Made by a program: the position numbers and the translations under genes. From contig JAZDOC010000017.1 of the NCBI GenBank assembly GCA_043798935.1, positions 381 through 64,380 on the forward strand: a stretch of 64,000 bases of DNA, written 5' to 3'. The notes beneath the pieces are model-generated. The model did not search any database. It was not told where the DNA came from and worked only from the letters and a program-made list of their open reading frames with translations. This stretch comes from Patescibacteria group bacterium (lineage in GTDB: Bacteria; Patescibacteriota; Patescibacteriia; UBA9570; JAHJKD01). Positions 32,391 to 43,580 of this stretch are shown in pieces (the first letter of the stretch is position 1; every line of letters starts with the position of its first letter).

Positions 32391-34637
32391 ATGGCTAGAA
32401 GACCTAAAAATAAAAGAAAAAAAGACCAAGCTGAAACAGAGTCGGAGAAAATTACCGCGCTTACTCCTGAAGCTAGAAAAGGCATTATTATTGTACTATT
32501 GTTTGCAGTAGCCGCAATTAGCGCTTTAAGTATGTTCGATTTGGCCGGGCCAGCTGGCAAAGAAATTGATAAATTTTTAATTTACATTTTTGGATACGGT
32601 AAATACATTTTTCCGATAATATTATTAGTTCTCGGATATGTATTAATTTATCCGGAAAGATACTATGTAAGTTTTAGTAATTATTTAGGAATTGGAGTAT
32701 TTTTATTAAGCACACTGGGAATGCTTAATGTAATTTATCAGCCAAATGTTGGTGGTGGTCACATCGGTATGGCGTTAAGTTTTCCGTTATTAAAACTTTC
32801 AACAGTTTGGGCGGCATTGGTTGTGATCACTGCGTTAATGATTACTTCATTGCTGCTAATGTTTAATACTTCTTTGGCTGTACTTTTGGAAAAATTTCCA
32901 GCTACCAGTATTTTAGGAAAAATTGGCCGGCTGATTGGTTCAGTTTTTGGACGCGCTAAAGATGGAATTATTCGTCGCCAACTAGAAAATTACGATTCAG
33001 AAACAGATCAAGAATACAATGAATTTCCCGAAGAACAAGAAGGGGAAGTAGAGGAATATGATGAAAATAATGAAGCCACAGATTTTAATAAAAGAGAATT
33101 AACCAGCCAAGAAGCCGAAGATCGTTTAGAACCTGAACAAATGAGCCTGATTAAACCTAAACGTCAGAATCGAATAATAGATATTCCGATTGGTTTGTTA
33201 AATAATAAAAATGATAAACCGACCAGTGGCGATATTAAACATAATAAAGAAGTGATTCATCATACTTTAGCTAGTTTTGGCATTGAAACCGAATTAGGCG
33301 AAGTAAGTATTGGCCCGACCGTCACTCAATATACTTTAAAACCGGCTGATGGAGTAAAATTATCCCAAATTACCACCCTGTCTAATGATTTAGCTTTGGC
33401 ACTCGCTGCTCATCCAATTAGAATCGAGGCACCGATTCCGGGGAAATCATTAGTAGGTCTCGAGGTACCTAATGAAACCGTGGCCATGGTTGGAGTAAAA
33501 GAGATGTTAGCATCCGATACCTTTAAAAAACGCACTAGTAATTTGGCGCTATGCGTGGGTCGTGATGTAGCTGGAGCTTCTTATATCATGAATCTAGATT
33601 CCATGCCTCATTTATTAATCGCTGGTTCTACCGGATCCGGAAAATCAGTTTGTATTAATGCAATTATCATGAGTTTATTGTTTCAAAACGGTCCGGATGA
33701 TTTGAAATTAATATTAGTCGATCCGAAACGTGTAGAATTCACTTTGTATAATGGTATTCCTCATTTATTAACCCCGGTTATCACTGACGTGCAAAAAACC
33801 ATTAATGCTTTGAAATGGGCAGTGGGTGAAATGGATCGTCGTTATGAACTGCTGTCAAAATCCGGCAAGAGAAATATTGGAGATTATAATAAAAATGGTA
33901 GCAATATGCCATACATCGTAATTGTAATTGATGAACTAGCTGATTTAATGGCTACCGCGGCCCGAGAAGTAGAAGCCACTATTACACGTTTAGCGCAGAT
34001 GGCCAGAGCTGTAGGAATTCATTTAGTGTTGGCCACGCAACGCCCGAGTGTTGATGTTATTACTGGGCTGATTAAAGCCAACATCACTTCGCGAATTGCA
34101 TTTAATGTAGCATCAATCATAGATTCACGAACTATTTTAGATCACTCAGGTGCAGAAAAATTACTTGGTCGAGGCGACATGCTGTTTATTACTGCCAGTT
34201 TAGGAAAACCAAAACGTTTGCAAGGCGCATTATTAACCGAAGATGAAATTGAAAGAGTTGTTAAATATTTAAAATCAAAAGCCAAGCCCGATTACAGCGG
34301 TGAAGTAGTAGAAAAACAATCGCGCGGAATAATGCCCCAAGCCTACCAAGACGGCGAAGACGAAGACGATCTTTTAGAAGAAGCTAAAGATGTAATACTC
34401 AAAGCCGAAAAAGCTTCAGCTTCATTATTGCAACGACGTTTACGCGTGGGTTATGCTCGAGCGGCCAGAATTTTAGATATATTAGAAGAGCAGGGATTTA
34501 TTGGCCCGGCTGACGGCGCAAAACCAAGAGAGATATTAGTTAGCACACGTGAAGACATGAATCCGAATTATGCTGAACAATATACCGAGAATCATGACTA
34601 TAATGAAGAAGAGGAAGAACATGTAAGCGACAACTAA
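32391..34637 (+). CDS. ftsK: DNA translocase FtsK/SpoIIIE
   Basis: N-terminal TM segments, Walker A GSTGSGKS, and a C-terminal gamma/winged-helix segment LLQRRLRVGYARAARILDILEEQG. Confidence 0.9.
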   Translation: MARRPKNKRKKDQAETESEKITALTPEARKGIIIVLLFAVAAISALSMFDLAGPAGKEIDKFLIYIFGYGKYIFPIILLVLGYVLIYPERYYVSFSNYLGIGVFLLSTLGMLNVIYQPNVGGGHIGMALSFPLLKLSTVWAALVVITALMITSLLLMFNTSLAVLLEKFPATSILGKIGRLIGSVFGRAKDGIIRRQLENYDSETDQEYNEFPEEQEGEVEEYDENNEATDFNKRELTSQEAEDRLEPEQMSLIKPKRQNRIIDIPIGLLNNKNDKPTSGDIKHNKEVIHHTLASFGIETELGEVSIGPTVTQYTLKPADGVKLSQITTLSNDLALALAAHPIRIEAPIPGKSLVGLEVPNETVAMVGVKEMLASDTFKKRTSNLALCVGRDVAGASYIMNLDSMPHLLIAGSTGSGKSVCINAIIMSLLFQNGPDDLKLILVDPKRVEFTLYNGIPHLLTPVITDVQKTINALKWAVGEMDRRYELLSKSGKRNIGDYNKNGSNMPYIVIVIDELADLMATAAREVEATITRLAQMARAVGIHLVLATQRPSVDVITGLIKANITSRIAFNVASIIDSRTILDHSGAEKLLGRGDMLFITASLGKPKRLQGALLTEDEIERVVKYLKSKAKPDYSGEVVEKQSRGIMPQAYQDGEDEDDLLEEAKDVILKAEKASASLLQRRLRVGYARAARILDILEEQGFIGPADGAKPREILVSTREDMNPNYAEQYTENHDYNEEEEEHVSDN

Positions 34638-34642
34638 TAAAC

Positions 34643-35311
34643 ATGACCCAATTTAGTCAAAAAAAAATATTAAGCTCACAAACATTAGGTGATAAATTAA
34701 AAAGAGCGCGTCGCGAAAGTGGCTTGTCTTTGCAAGAGATCGGTGCACGACTCAAAATAAATTATCAATATTTGAATTGTTTAGAAAATGGTCAGTACAA
34801 TAATCTACCAAGTGAAGTTTACATTAAAAATTATTTGAAGAAATACAGTACTTTTTTACAAGTCAGCTGGAAAGTGGTTGAAAAAATGTACGAGCAGGAA
34901 ATGATTATTTATAAATCCAAGCAAAACAAAATAATATCATCAAAATTCAGTCAAAAAGCTTTGGTCATTCCCAGCATTGTTTACGCTCTTTTAATAGGCT
35001 TTGTCTTTTTAGTGGTCGTTTTGTATTTAATGTTTGAGATTAGCAACTTTATTCAGCCACCTTTTTTAGAAGTAAGGAATGTGTCTGATCAAATGATTGT
35101 GAGAGAGCGAAATATTCAAATAGCCGGCAAGGCCGATGTTGACGCTCAGGTATATATTAATGGCGAAGAAATTATTACCGATGAAAATGGCAATTGGCAG
35201 GAAGACATATCATTACAAATTGGTTTAAATACCATCATGATTACGGCTAAGAAAAAACATAGCAAAGAAAATATAATTTATAAAAGAATATTTGTCGAAA
35301 TAAATAATTAA
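34643..35311 (+). CDS. RodZ-like HTH (XRE-type) domain membrane protein
   Basis: N-terminal HTH LGDKLKRARRESGLSLQEIGARLKINYQYLNCLENG, then a TM segment and a C-terminal domain. Confidence 0.5.
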   Translation: MTQFSQKKILSSQTLGDKLKRARRESGLSLQEIGARLKINYQYLNCLENGQYNNLPSEVYIKNYLKKYSTFLQVSWKVVEKMYEQEMIIYKSKQNKIISSKFSQKALVIPSIVYALLIGFVFLVVVLYLMFEISNFIQPPFLEVRNVSDQMIVRERNIQIAGKADVDAQVYINGEEIITDENGNWQEDISLQIGLNTIMITAKKKHSKENIIYKRIFVEINN

Positions 35312-35333
35312 TTAACACAGGCGCTAATAGCGC

Positions 35334-36359
35334 ATGAAAATAAAACATATGACAAAAAAAAGTGAAACAACAATTGATCGCAATAAATCAGCCGCCGCCG
35401 CAATTGAACAAATTAAAGAGCGTTTTGGCGAAGGTTCGATTATGAAGCTAGGCGATGCCAAACAAATGAAAGTTGAAGCCGTATCAACCGGCTGTTTATC
35501 ACTCGACATCGCATTAGGAGTAAATGGTATACCTCGTGGCAGAATCATTGAAATTTACGGGCCTGAGGCTTCGGGAAAAACTACTTTGTCGCAACACATT
35601 GTGGCTGAAGTGCAAAAAATTGGTGGCACCGCTGCTTTTGTGGATGCTGAACATGCTTTAGACCCGGAATATGCCAAAAAAATCGGAGTTGATACTAAAG
35701 AGCTTTTAATTTCTCAGCCCGATACTGGCGAACAAGCCTTAGAAATAGTCGAAACATTAGTTAGGTCTAACGGTGTCGATGTAATCGTTATCGACTCTGT
35801 GGCGGCCTTAACCCCAAAAGCTGAAATAGACGGCGATATGGGCGATCGACATATTGGTCTACAGGCTCGTTTAATGAGCCAAGCCTTAAGAAAATTAGCC
35901 GCGCTTGTTTCTAAAAGCCACACCATAGTAATATTTATTAATCAGATTAGAATGAAAATTGGTGTGATGTTTGGCAATCCGGAAACAACCACTGGCGGGA
36001 CAGCTTTAAAATTTTATTCCTCGGTGCGCATTGAAGTCCGACGTTCGGCGCAAATTAAACAAGGCGATCGCGTTATCGGTAACCGGGCTAAAGCTAAAAT
36101 TGTTAAAAATAAAGTGGCCGCACCTTTTCGAAGTACAGAATTTGATATTATGTACAATGAAGGCATTTCTATTCCCGGTGATGTGCTAGATACAGCTGTC
36201 CAATTTGGCGTGGTCGATAAAACCGGAAACACTTATTCTTATAAGGAAACCAAACTAGGAGTGGGTCGTGAAAATTCCAAAGCGGTTTTAAAGGAAAATC
36301 CAAAATTAATCAAAGAGATTAGAAAAGATGTTTTGCTAGTGGTTGAAAACGAAGAATAG
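35334..36359 (+). CDS. recA: Recombinase RecA
   Basis: Walker [10 protein letters not shown], then [19 protein letters not shown] and the L2 loop region. Confidence 0.95.
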   Translation: MKIKHMTKKSETTIDRNKSAAAAIEQIKERFGEGSIMKLGDAKQMKVEAVSTGCLSLDIALGVNGIPRGRIIEIYGPEASGKTTLSQHIVAEVQKIGGTAAFVDAEHALDPEYAKKIGVDTKELLISQPDTGEQALEIVETLVRSNGVDVIVIDSVAALTPKAEIDGDMGDRHIGLQARLMSQALRKLAALVSKSHTIVIFINQIRMKIGVMFGNPETTTGGTALKFYSSVRIEVRRSAQIKQGDRVIGNRAKAKIVKNKVAAPFRSTEFDIMYNEGISIPGDVLDTAVQFGVVDKTGNTYSYKETKLGVGRENSKAVLKENPKLIKEIRKDVLLVVENEE

Positions 36360-36406
36360 AAAATATATTAGAAAAAGGATCAATCAAAAACATTGATTAT
36401 AAAAAA

Positions 36407-36436
36407 ACCGCAGACTATCAGTCTGCGGTTTTTTAT
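36407..36436. terminator. Bidirectional intrinsic terminator (ACCGCAGACT-ATC-AGTCTGCGGT flanked by A- and T-tracts)
   Basis: A perfect 10-bp stem between recA (+) and the convergent - strand ORF. Confidence 0.7.
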
Positions 36437-36448
36437 TTTTAAGAAAGC

Positions 36449-36799
36449 TTAGAAATTAAATTTTTTGGAAATTTCATGAATAAAAGGAATTTGCCAATAT
36501 TTCCCTTGTAAGGTTTGGACGACACCGTAAATGGAAACAAGAATTACGGCTAAGAATAATAATTGTCCAAAAATTGGAAACCAAAATACCATTGATGCTA
36601 TAATGTCTATAATAAATAAAACCAAGCCTTGTTTGGCATGAGCCATGGCGAATTTAGATTCTTTTTTTGTTAGAATCGGCACGATAAATAATAAACCAAT
36701 GTAGCTTAAGCAGGCAATGGTTTTGTTTGCTTCAATGTCTTTAGCATCGAACTTTAAATTGTCGTTTTGCATATTTTTATTATAATATTTAATGCGCAC
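36449..36799 (-). CDS. Small integral membrane protein (DUF4870-like)
   Basis: 116 aa with two or three TM helices and an AHAKQGL motif. Confidence 0.35.
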   Translation of the reverse strand: MRIKYYNKNMQNDNLKFDAKDIEANKTIACLSYIGLLFIVPILTKKESKFAMAHAKQGLVLFIIDIIASMVFWFPIFGQLLFLAVILVSIYGVVQTLQGKYWQIPFIHEISKKFNF

Positions 36800-36800
36800 G

Positions 36801-37169
36801 TTAATTAATTTTTATTTTGTTTATAGTTAGTACTAAGCCGGCGCTTAAAATTGCGGCACCGGAGGCATAGATTAATGGTTCAGTGATAATATTGAACAAA
36901 TATAAGAATTTAAAATTTATCATGAATTTAACAAGAGCTATAATAAGCGAAGTAAACAGAATTACAGTGCCGTTAACCCAGGCCGCAAGGCGATAATCGG
37001 TTATTTTTGTTTTGGCGATGATATAAATAATCAAGAAGATATTAGCAACGATAATTAAAGTACCGCTGTTATCAGTAAATAAAGCCGCAATTTCAAAAAT
37101 TAAGGTGATAACAATCGGCCACCAAGCTTGGATTAAATATGAATGGATGTCATTTTGCGGGTTGTTCAT
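36801..37169 (-). CDS. Hypothetical membrane protein
   Basis: 122 aa with three hydrophobic helices. Confidence 0.3.
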   Translation of the reverse strand: MNNPQNDIHSYLIQAWWPIVITLIFEIAALFTDNSGTLIIVANIFLIIYIIAKTKITDYRLAAWVNGTVILFTSLIIALVKFMINFKFLYLFNIITEPLIYASGAAILSAGLVLTINKIKIN

Positions 37170-37201
37170 TGCATTTTCTATTATAGCAAAAAAATAAGCA
37201 T

Positions 37202-37231
37202 AAAAAAAGCAGGGGTGGTTTAGACCCCTGC
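37202..37231 (-). terminator. Intrinsic terminator of groEL (GCAGGGGT-CTAAACC-ACCCCTGC + T7 on - strand)
   Basis: Stem at 37209-37231, with an A-run at 37202-37208 on the + strand. Confidence 0.6.
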
Positions 37232-37246
37232 AAAAGTATCAAGCTA

Positions 37247-38884
<1,638 letters not shown>

Positions 38885-38920
38885 TTATTGGACAATTCTA
38901 GAATTGTCCTTACTATTTAA

Positions 38921-39196
38921 TTATTTAACAACTGCTAAAATTTCGTCGTGTTTTAAAAATTTATATTCGTCATCATTATATTCGACATCATCACCTGAAT
39001 ATTTTCCAAAAAGTACTTTATCACCAATTTTAAGGCCTAGTTTTTTTATTTTTTCGCCTTCGCCGATGCCTAATATTTCGCCTTCGGCTTTTTTTTCTTT
39101 GTCTGCACTGCTTGGTAATACAATGCCGGATTTTGTCACTTCTTCTTGGGTAAGAGGTTTTACCAAAATACGGTCTCCTAGGGGTTGTAGATTCAT
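38921..39196 (-). CDS. groS: Co-chaperonin GroES
   Basis: 91 aa beginning MNLQPLGDRILVKP... with a mobile-loop region. Confidence 0.95.
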   Translation of the reverse strand: MNLQPLGDRILVKPLTQEEVTKSGIVLPSSADKEKKAEGEILGIGEGEKIKKLGLKIGDKVLFGKYSGDDVEYNDDEYKFLKHDEILAVVK

Positions 39197-39242
39197 ATTT
39201 TTTTAATTAATTATTAATGTTTTTATTAATTTTTATGAAATT

Positions 39243-39269
39243 TTAGCACTTTCGATATTAGAGTGCTAA
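39243..39269. promoter_or_regulatory. CIRCE operator (HrcA binding site) TTAGCACTT-N9-GAGTGCTAA
   Basis: Matches the CIRCE consensus TTAGCACTC-N9-GAGTGCTAA at 17 of 18 positions and sits between the promoter and groES. Confidence 0.85.
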
Positions 39270-39283
39270 TTTCTGCAATATCA

Positions 39284-39312
39284 ATAATACTGTATATTAA
39301 CAGCTTGGTCAA
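39284..39312 (-). promoter_or_regulatory. groES promoter candidate (TTGACC-17-TATTAT on - strand)
   Basis: On the + strand, GGTCAA lies at 39307-39312 and ATAATA at 39284-39289. Confidence 0.5.
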
Positions 39313-39330
39313 GGCTGTTAAATTTAATCC

Positions 39331-39642
39331 TTATCCACAGTTTTTACAGTTTTTTTGAGGTATTTTTTCTAACTGGAATATATATGAAAGCAATAGGAAA
39401 ATTGGACCCATGGAAAAATAAGCCGCTTGCATCCAGTGCGGAGCGTGCATGCAATTGCAAAATGGCAAACCGGCATAATGATGAGAGGTAATGTTATGAA
39501 TATTAAATGTATAATAACCCACGGTTTCGCCCAGAACAAGCAATGGCCAATAAATAAGCACAAAAAGCAATAAGCTTTTCACCAAAGTATTTGTTTTAAT
39601 TAAAGCATTATAATGCGAATAAATTAAATATACTCCCAACAA
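39331..39642 (-). CDS. Hypothetical small membrane protein with Cys/His-rich segment
   Basis: 103 aa with a CNCMHAPHW segment and a C-terminal KNCKNCG. Confidence 0.25.
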   Translation of the reverse strand: MLGVYLIYSHYNALIKTNTLVKSLLLFVLIYWPLLVLGETVGYYTFNIHNITSHHYAGLPFCNCMHAPHWMQAAYFSMGPIFLLLSYIFQLEKIPQKNCKNCG

Positions 39643-39687
39643 GCCACAGGGCCAGGCAAATAACGGAAAGATGCTTAGGCCAGCGAT

Positions 39688-39921
39688 TTACAGGTAATGA
39701 CCGTCGTAAGAATATTCGCGGTTAGCAATAAGCATCCAGATTACAGATAATCCCGAAGCCAATAAAAAATGCTTAAACAGATCAACTCTTTTTGACGCTA
39801 TAAGGTAAATGATTACAAAAAAATAGGCACCTAATACTAAAAAATCAGCTCGGATAATACCTAATAAGAGAAAGCCGACGAGAATAGCAATTTTATCGAT
39901 AATCAGCAAATGTTTTTTCAT
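39688..39921 (-). CDS. Hypothetical small membrane protein
   Basis: 77 aa with two TM segments. Its start overlaps the upstream gene's stop by 4 bp. Confidence 0.3.
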   Translation of the reverse strand: MKKHLLIIDKIAILVGFLLLGIIRADFLVLGAYFFVIIYLIASKRVDLFKHFLLASGLSVIWMLIANREYSYDGHYL

Positions 39922-41216
39922 AAATTTTTATTTGTTAAAAATAATAATAACCAAAACCATAAATTACTGGTTACTAAGCTTACGAAATAATGATCAAAAA
40001 AACCCACAACCAAAATAATGATTAATGTTCCGGCATAAATTAAAATTGGTAAACGAGGTGAAGTAATTTTTTTAATACCTAAAAAATGTAAAATTGTAAA
40101 AAGCATTAAACCAAAGATGCCTAGTTCGGAAAAAATTAATAAATAAATATTATGAACCGGTTGATAACTGTATGGCGGGAGAGTAGAATTAATTTCATTA
40201 TAAACGACTAAAGTGTAATTACCCGCGCCGACTCCGAATAACCAGTGTTCTTTAAGTAAAGCATGGCTTTGTTGTTGATAGGTGGTGCGTTCGTTTAATG
40301 ATTTGATTTCTAGACGATCATTTATTTGCACACGGCTGGTAATGAGCGGTAGATAAATTATAGAAAAAGTGAGAAATATTAAAAATATTATAGTTAATGA
40401 TTTAGCATATTGGCGTCGGTATGGTTTGTGCTTGGTAAAAATAAAAAAGCTTATAACTATTAACGCCACGATTAATCCTAAAATAGCTGAACGAGAAAAA
40501 GTAAAAAATAATCCCGTACTTAATAGAATAAGCGACATTATCATGCTTAGGCGTTTGATATTGTTATCTGATTGCAACCATAAGTATATGGCGAGCAGTA
40601 AGCAAATTGCTAAAAATCCACCGAGTATATTAGGGTGCGACATTGTGCCATAAGCGCGGAGCCATCGGCCATCGGCATTAGAAACCACGGCGACGCCCAG
40701 ATCCTGAGCTTGATGAGAAGCCATGCCTAACCATTTATTGGATACAACTTGTTGATTAAAAAATTGCCAGATAGCTAGATAGGCCTGAAAGACCCCGCCG
40801 GTCATTAGTGCCCAACTGGCTTTGATAAAGCTTATTTTAATATTAAAAATAATAAATAACAATCCGGCCATCAGTAATAAGCGAACAAAATAATAGCTTG
40901 TTAGAATCTTATCTTGCGACCAGAAAATTGATAAAAAATTCATCACCATAAACAGTACAAATATAATAATAAACTTTTTATCTATTTGAGAGTTAGAATT
41001 TTGCGGTTCGCTATTTTTATAAAACAGAGCGCCAAGGAATAATGATATTATTAAAAGATCTAAAGCATACAAGCTATATGTGCCATATTCCCAAACACCA
41101 TTATTTAACGAGCTCATTCTAATAATATATCGGGTCGAAAGCGAACACAAAAAAAGAAAAAGATAGAAACCATATTCTATCAGATTATTTATGCGTAGAA
41201 AGCGATTTGAAAGCAT
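39918..41216 (-). CDS. O-antigen ligase / Wzy_C domain family polytopic membrane protein
   Basis: About 10 TM segments and a Wzy_C-type loop motif PVHNIYLLIFSELGIFGL. Confidence 0.55.
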   Translation of the reverse strand: MLSNRFLRINNLIEYGFYLFLFLCSLSTRYIIRMSSLNNGVWEYGTYSLYALDLLIISLFLGALFYKNSEPQNSNSQIDKKFIIIFVLFMVMNFLSIFWSQDKILTSYYFVRLLLMAGLLFIIFNIKISFIKASWALMTGGVFQAYLAIWQFFNQQVVSNKWLGMASHQAQDLGVAVVSNADGRWLRAYGTMSHPNILGGFLAICLLLAIYLWLQSDNNIKRLSMIMSLILLSTGLFFTFSRSAILGLIVALIVISFFIFTKHKPYRRQYAKSLTIIFLIFLTFSIIYLPLITSRVQINDRLEIKSLNERTTYQQQSHALLKEHWLFGVGAGNYTLVVYNEINSTLPPYSYQPVHNIYLLIFSELGIFGLMLFTILHFLGIKKITSPRLPILIYAGTLIIILVVGFFDHYFVSLVTSNLWFWLLLFLTNKNL

Positions 41217-41278
41217 GCTCTAATTTTACCTTATTTTTTGGTATTTTTATAGGGTTACTTTAAACAAGAATGTTTTTT

Positions 41279-41303
41279 GGCCATGAATTTATTCAGGGCA
41301 CTA
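41279..41303 (+). promoter_or_regulatory. Conserved 25-nt motif GGCCATGAATTTATTCAGGGCACTA (perfect TGAAT-TT-ATTCA inverted repeat) upstream of folP
   Basis: Second copy of the motif at 22579-22603. An extended -10 (TGcTATACT) lies at 41366-41374. Confidence 0.5.
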
Positions 41304-41410
41304 AAAATATAAATTCTGGGCATATCGTTGGATTCGTTATCTTAATTTAAGAAATAGCATTTTTTTGCTATACTAAGAGAGTAATTTGTAAGTAAATAGC
41401 ATTAGAATTA

Positions 41411-42235
41411 ATGTCTGTTAATTTAACCAAATTAGTCGGTTCGCGTCGCCCCTTAATAATGGGCGTTTTAAATGTGACACCCGACTCTTTTAGTGATGGT
41501 GGAAAGTATGATAATTTAAAACAAGCTGTGTGGAGAGCTAAACAGTTGATCGATCAAGGCGTTGATATTATTGATATTGGTGGCGAGTCTACGGGTCCTA
41601 ATTCTAAAGCGGTTAGTTATCAAGAAGAAGCCAGGCGTGTTTTGCCGGTCATTTCGGAAATTAATAAGAAAATAAAAAAAAGATCTAAAATATTAATATC
41701 AGTTGATACTTATAAATCCGAAATTGCTAAAAGAGCGTTAGCCAGCGGTGCTGATATAATTAACGACGTTACAGGCTTGCGGGGTGATGTTAATATGGCA
41801 AAAGTGGTGGCTGAATATAATTGTCCAGTTGTAATAATGTATTCAAAAGACAACACGGCCCGCACCACGATTAAAAAAATGCAATATCGCAATGTTGTTA
41901 AAACTATAAATAATTTTTTTACGGCACGTATTAGATATGCGAGCAAAAATAGTGTGGCTAAAAAAAATATTATTCTTGATCCGGGTATGGGACATTTTAT
42001 TTCAGCCGTGCCAGCTTATAGCTATGAAGTTATTTCTCGGTTAAATGAATTTAAAAAACTTGGTTGCCAAGTAATGCTGGGTATGTCGCGAAAGTCTTTT
42101 TTGGGCGGTGAACTTAATGAGCGCGACCAGAAAGTTTTACCACTTTTAGCCGTGGCTTATTTTAATGGTGTAAGCATTATTAGAACACACGATGTTTTGG
42201 GAACAATTAAATTTTATAATTTGTTAAATAAATAA
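41411..42235 (+). CDS. folP: Dihydropteroate synthase
   Basis: IMGVLNVTPDSFSDGG and DIIDIGGEST motifs. Confidence 0.9.
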   Translation: MSVNLTKLVGSRRPLIMGVLNVTPDSFSDGGKYDNLKQAVWRAKQLIDQGVDIIDIGGESTGPNSKAVSYQEEARRVLPVISEINKKIKKRSKILISVDTYKSEIAKRALASGADIINDVTGLRGDVNMAKVVAEYNCPVVIMYSKDNTARTTIKKMQYRNVVKTINNFFTARIRYASKNSVAKKNIILDPGMGHFISAVPAYSYEVISRLNEFKKLGCQVMLGMSRKSFLGGELNERDQKVLPLLAVAYFNGVSIIRTHDVLGTIKFYNLLNK

Positions 42236-42240
42236 AATAT

Positions 42241-42588
42241 ATGGCTAACATGGATTTAAATTGTACGTTTAAATTTGCGGCTTCGCATTTTTTACCAAAT
42301 TATAATGGTCAGTGCGAAAATTTACACGGGCATAATTATAAAATAATTATTACTGTTTCCGGAGAAGTGAAAAAAGATGGCCTCGTGGTTGATTTCAAAG
42401 AAATTAAGCGAATCGTTAATGAACAGGCAATTAATAATTTAGATCATAAACATTTGAACGATATTATCGAAAATCCTTCGTCTGAAAATATTGCAATTTG
42501 GATTTGGAATCAGGTTAAAAATAATTTACTTTTAAAAAAAATCGCCGTATTTGAAACCGAAGATTGTTACGTTGAGTATTATGGTTAA
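42241..42588 (+). CDS. 6-pyruvoyl-tetrahydropterin synthase family protein (COG0720; CExxHGH motif, PTPS-III/QueD-like)
   Basis: The QCENLHGHNYK motif has both the Cys and the Glu in front of HGH. At 115 aa it occupies the folB position between folP and folK. Confidence 0.8.
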   Translation: MANMDLNCTFKFAASHFLPNYNGQCENLHGHNYKIIITVSGEVKKDGLVVDFKEIKRIVNEQAINNLDHKHLNDIIENPSSENIAIWIWNQVKNNLLLKKIAVFETEDCYVEYYG

Positions 42589-43051
42589 TAACGCTTACAT
42601 TGCCTTAGGCACCAATCTGGGTGATCGAACCAAAAATTTACTTTTGGCTTTATCGCAAATTGAAGAATTTTCAGTTGTAAAGAAAAAGTCGTCTATTTAC
42701 GAAACAGTGCCGGTTGGATATTTAAAACAGAATGATTTCTTAAATATGGTCGTTGAGCTGGAAACAGTATTAAGCCCAGTAGAGTTGTTTGGAAAATTAC
42801 AGAGTATCGAGAAAAATATGGGGCGGGTTAAGACCATTTTAAATGGTCCGCGAATAATAGACTTGGATATTTTATTTTATAACAATCAGATCATAAATAA
42901 TGATCAGTTAATTATTCCACATCCGCGTTTGGCACAAAGAAAATTTGTACTCGAGCCTTTAGCGGAAATTGCATCTGATTTTATTCATCCATCATTAAAT
43001 TGCTCAATTTTAAATTTATTAAAACAATATGAATCAAAAGAAAATAGCTAA
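42581..43051 (+). CDS. folK: 2-amino-4-hydroxy-6-hydroxymethyldihydropteridine pyrophosphokinase (HPPK)
   Basis: AYIALGTNLGDR and GPRIIDLDIL motifs. I took the ATG at 42581, which overlaps the upstream stop, in preference to the track's TTG at 42551. Confidence 0.85.
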   Translation: MVNNAYIALGTNLGDRTKNLLLALSQIEEFSVVKKKSSIYETVPVGYLKQNDFLNMVVELETVLSPVELFGKLQSIEKNMGRVKTILNGPRIIDLDILFYNNQIINNDQLIIPHPRLAQRKFVLEPLAEIASDFIHPSLNCSILNLLKQYESKENS

Positions 43052-43580
43052 ATTAACTTTACAGTTAATTAACGAGTTAGGGGAGGATGGCAATCGCGAA
43101 GGGCTGAGGAAAACCCCACAAAGAGTAGCTAATGCGTATATAAAAATATTTGGCGGCTATAAGCAGGATCCAAAAAAAATTATCACGGTTTTCGACAGCG
43201 ATAATTACGATGAAATGGTAATATGTAAAGACATAGAATTTTATTCCACTTGCGAGCATCATCTACAACCATTTTTTGGAAAAATTTCAATCGGCTATAT
43301 ACCTGATAAAAAAATAATCGGTTTATCTAAATTGCCACGATTAGTTGAAATATACGCGCGACGAATGCAAAATCAGGAACGCCTGACAATGCAAATTGCT
43401 GATGTGATTGCCAAATTATTAAAACCTAAGGGTGTAGGAGTGGTAGTCGAAGCTAAACATTTATGTTTAATGGCCAGAGGTGTTGAAAAACAAGGTGCAA
43501 CCATGACCACATCATATTGCAAAGGATTGTTTCGAACTAACGAGAGTACACGTAATGAATTTTTAAAATTAATTAGATGA
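43029..43580 (+). CDS. folE: GTP cyclohydrolase I
   Basis: STCEHHLQPFFGK signature and a zinc-binding Cys/His. Confidence 0.93.
   Translation: MNQKKIAKLTLQLINELGEDGNREGLRKTPQRVANAYIKIFGGYKQDPKKIITVFDSDNYDEMVICKDIEFYSTCEHHLQPFFGKISIGYIPDKKIIGLSKLPRLVEIYARRMQNQERLTMQIADVIAKLLKPKGVGVVVEAKHLCLMARGVEKQGATMTTSYCKGLFRTNESTRNEFLKLIR

Noticed and set aside
42551-42580. TTG start for folK in the ORF track.
   Set aside because: The ATG at 42581 precedes the conserved AYIALGTNLGDR start of HPPK and gives a typical 8-nt overlap with the upstream stop.
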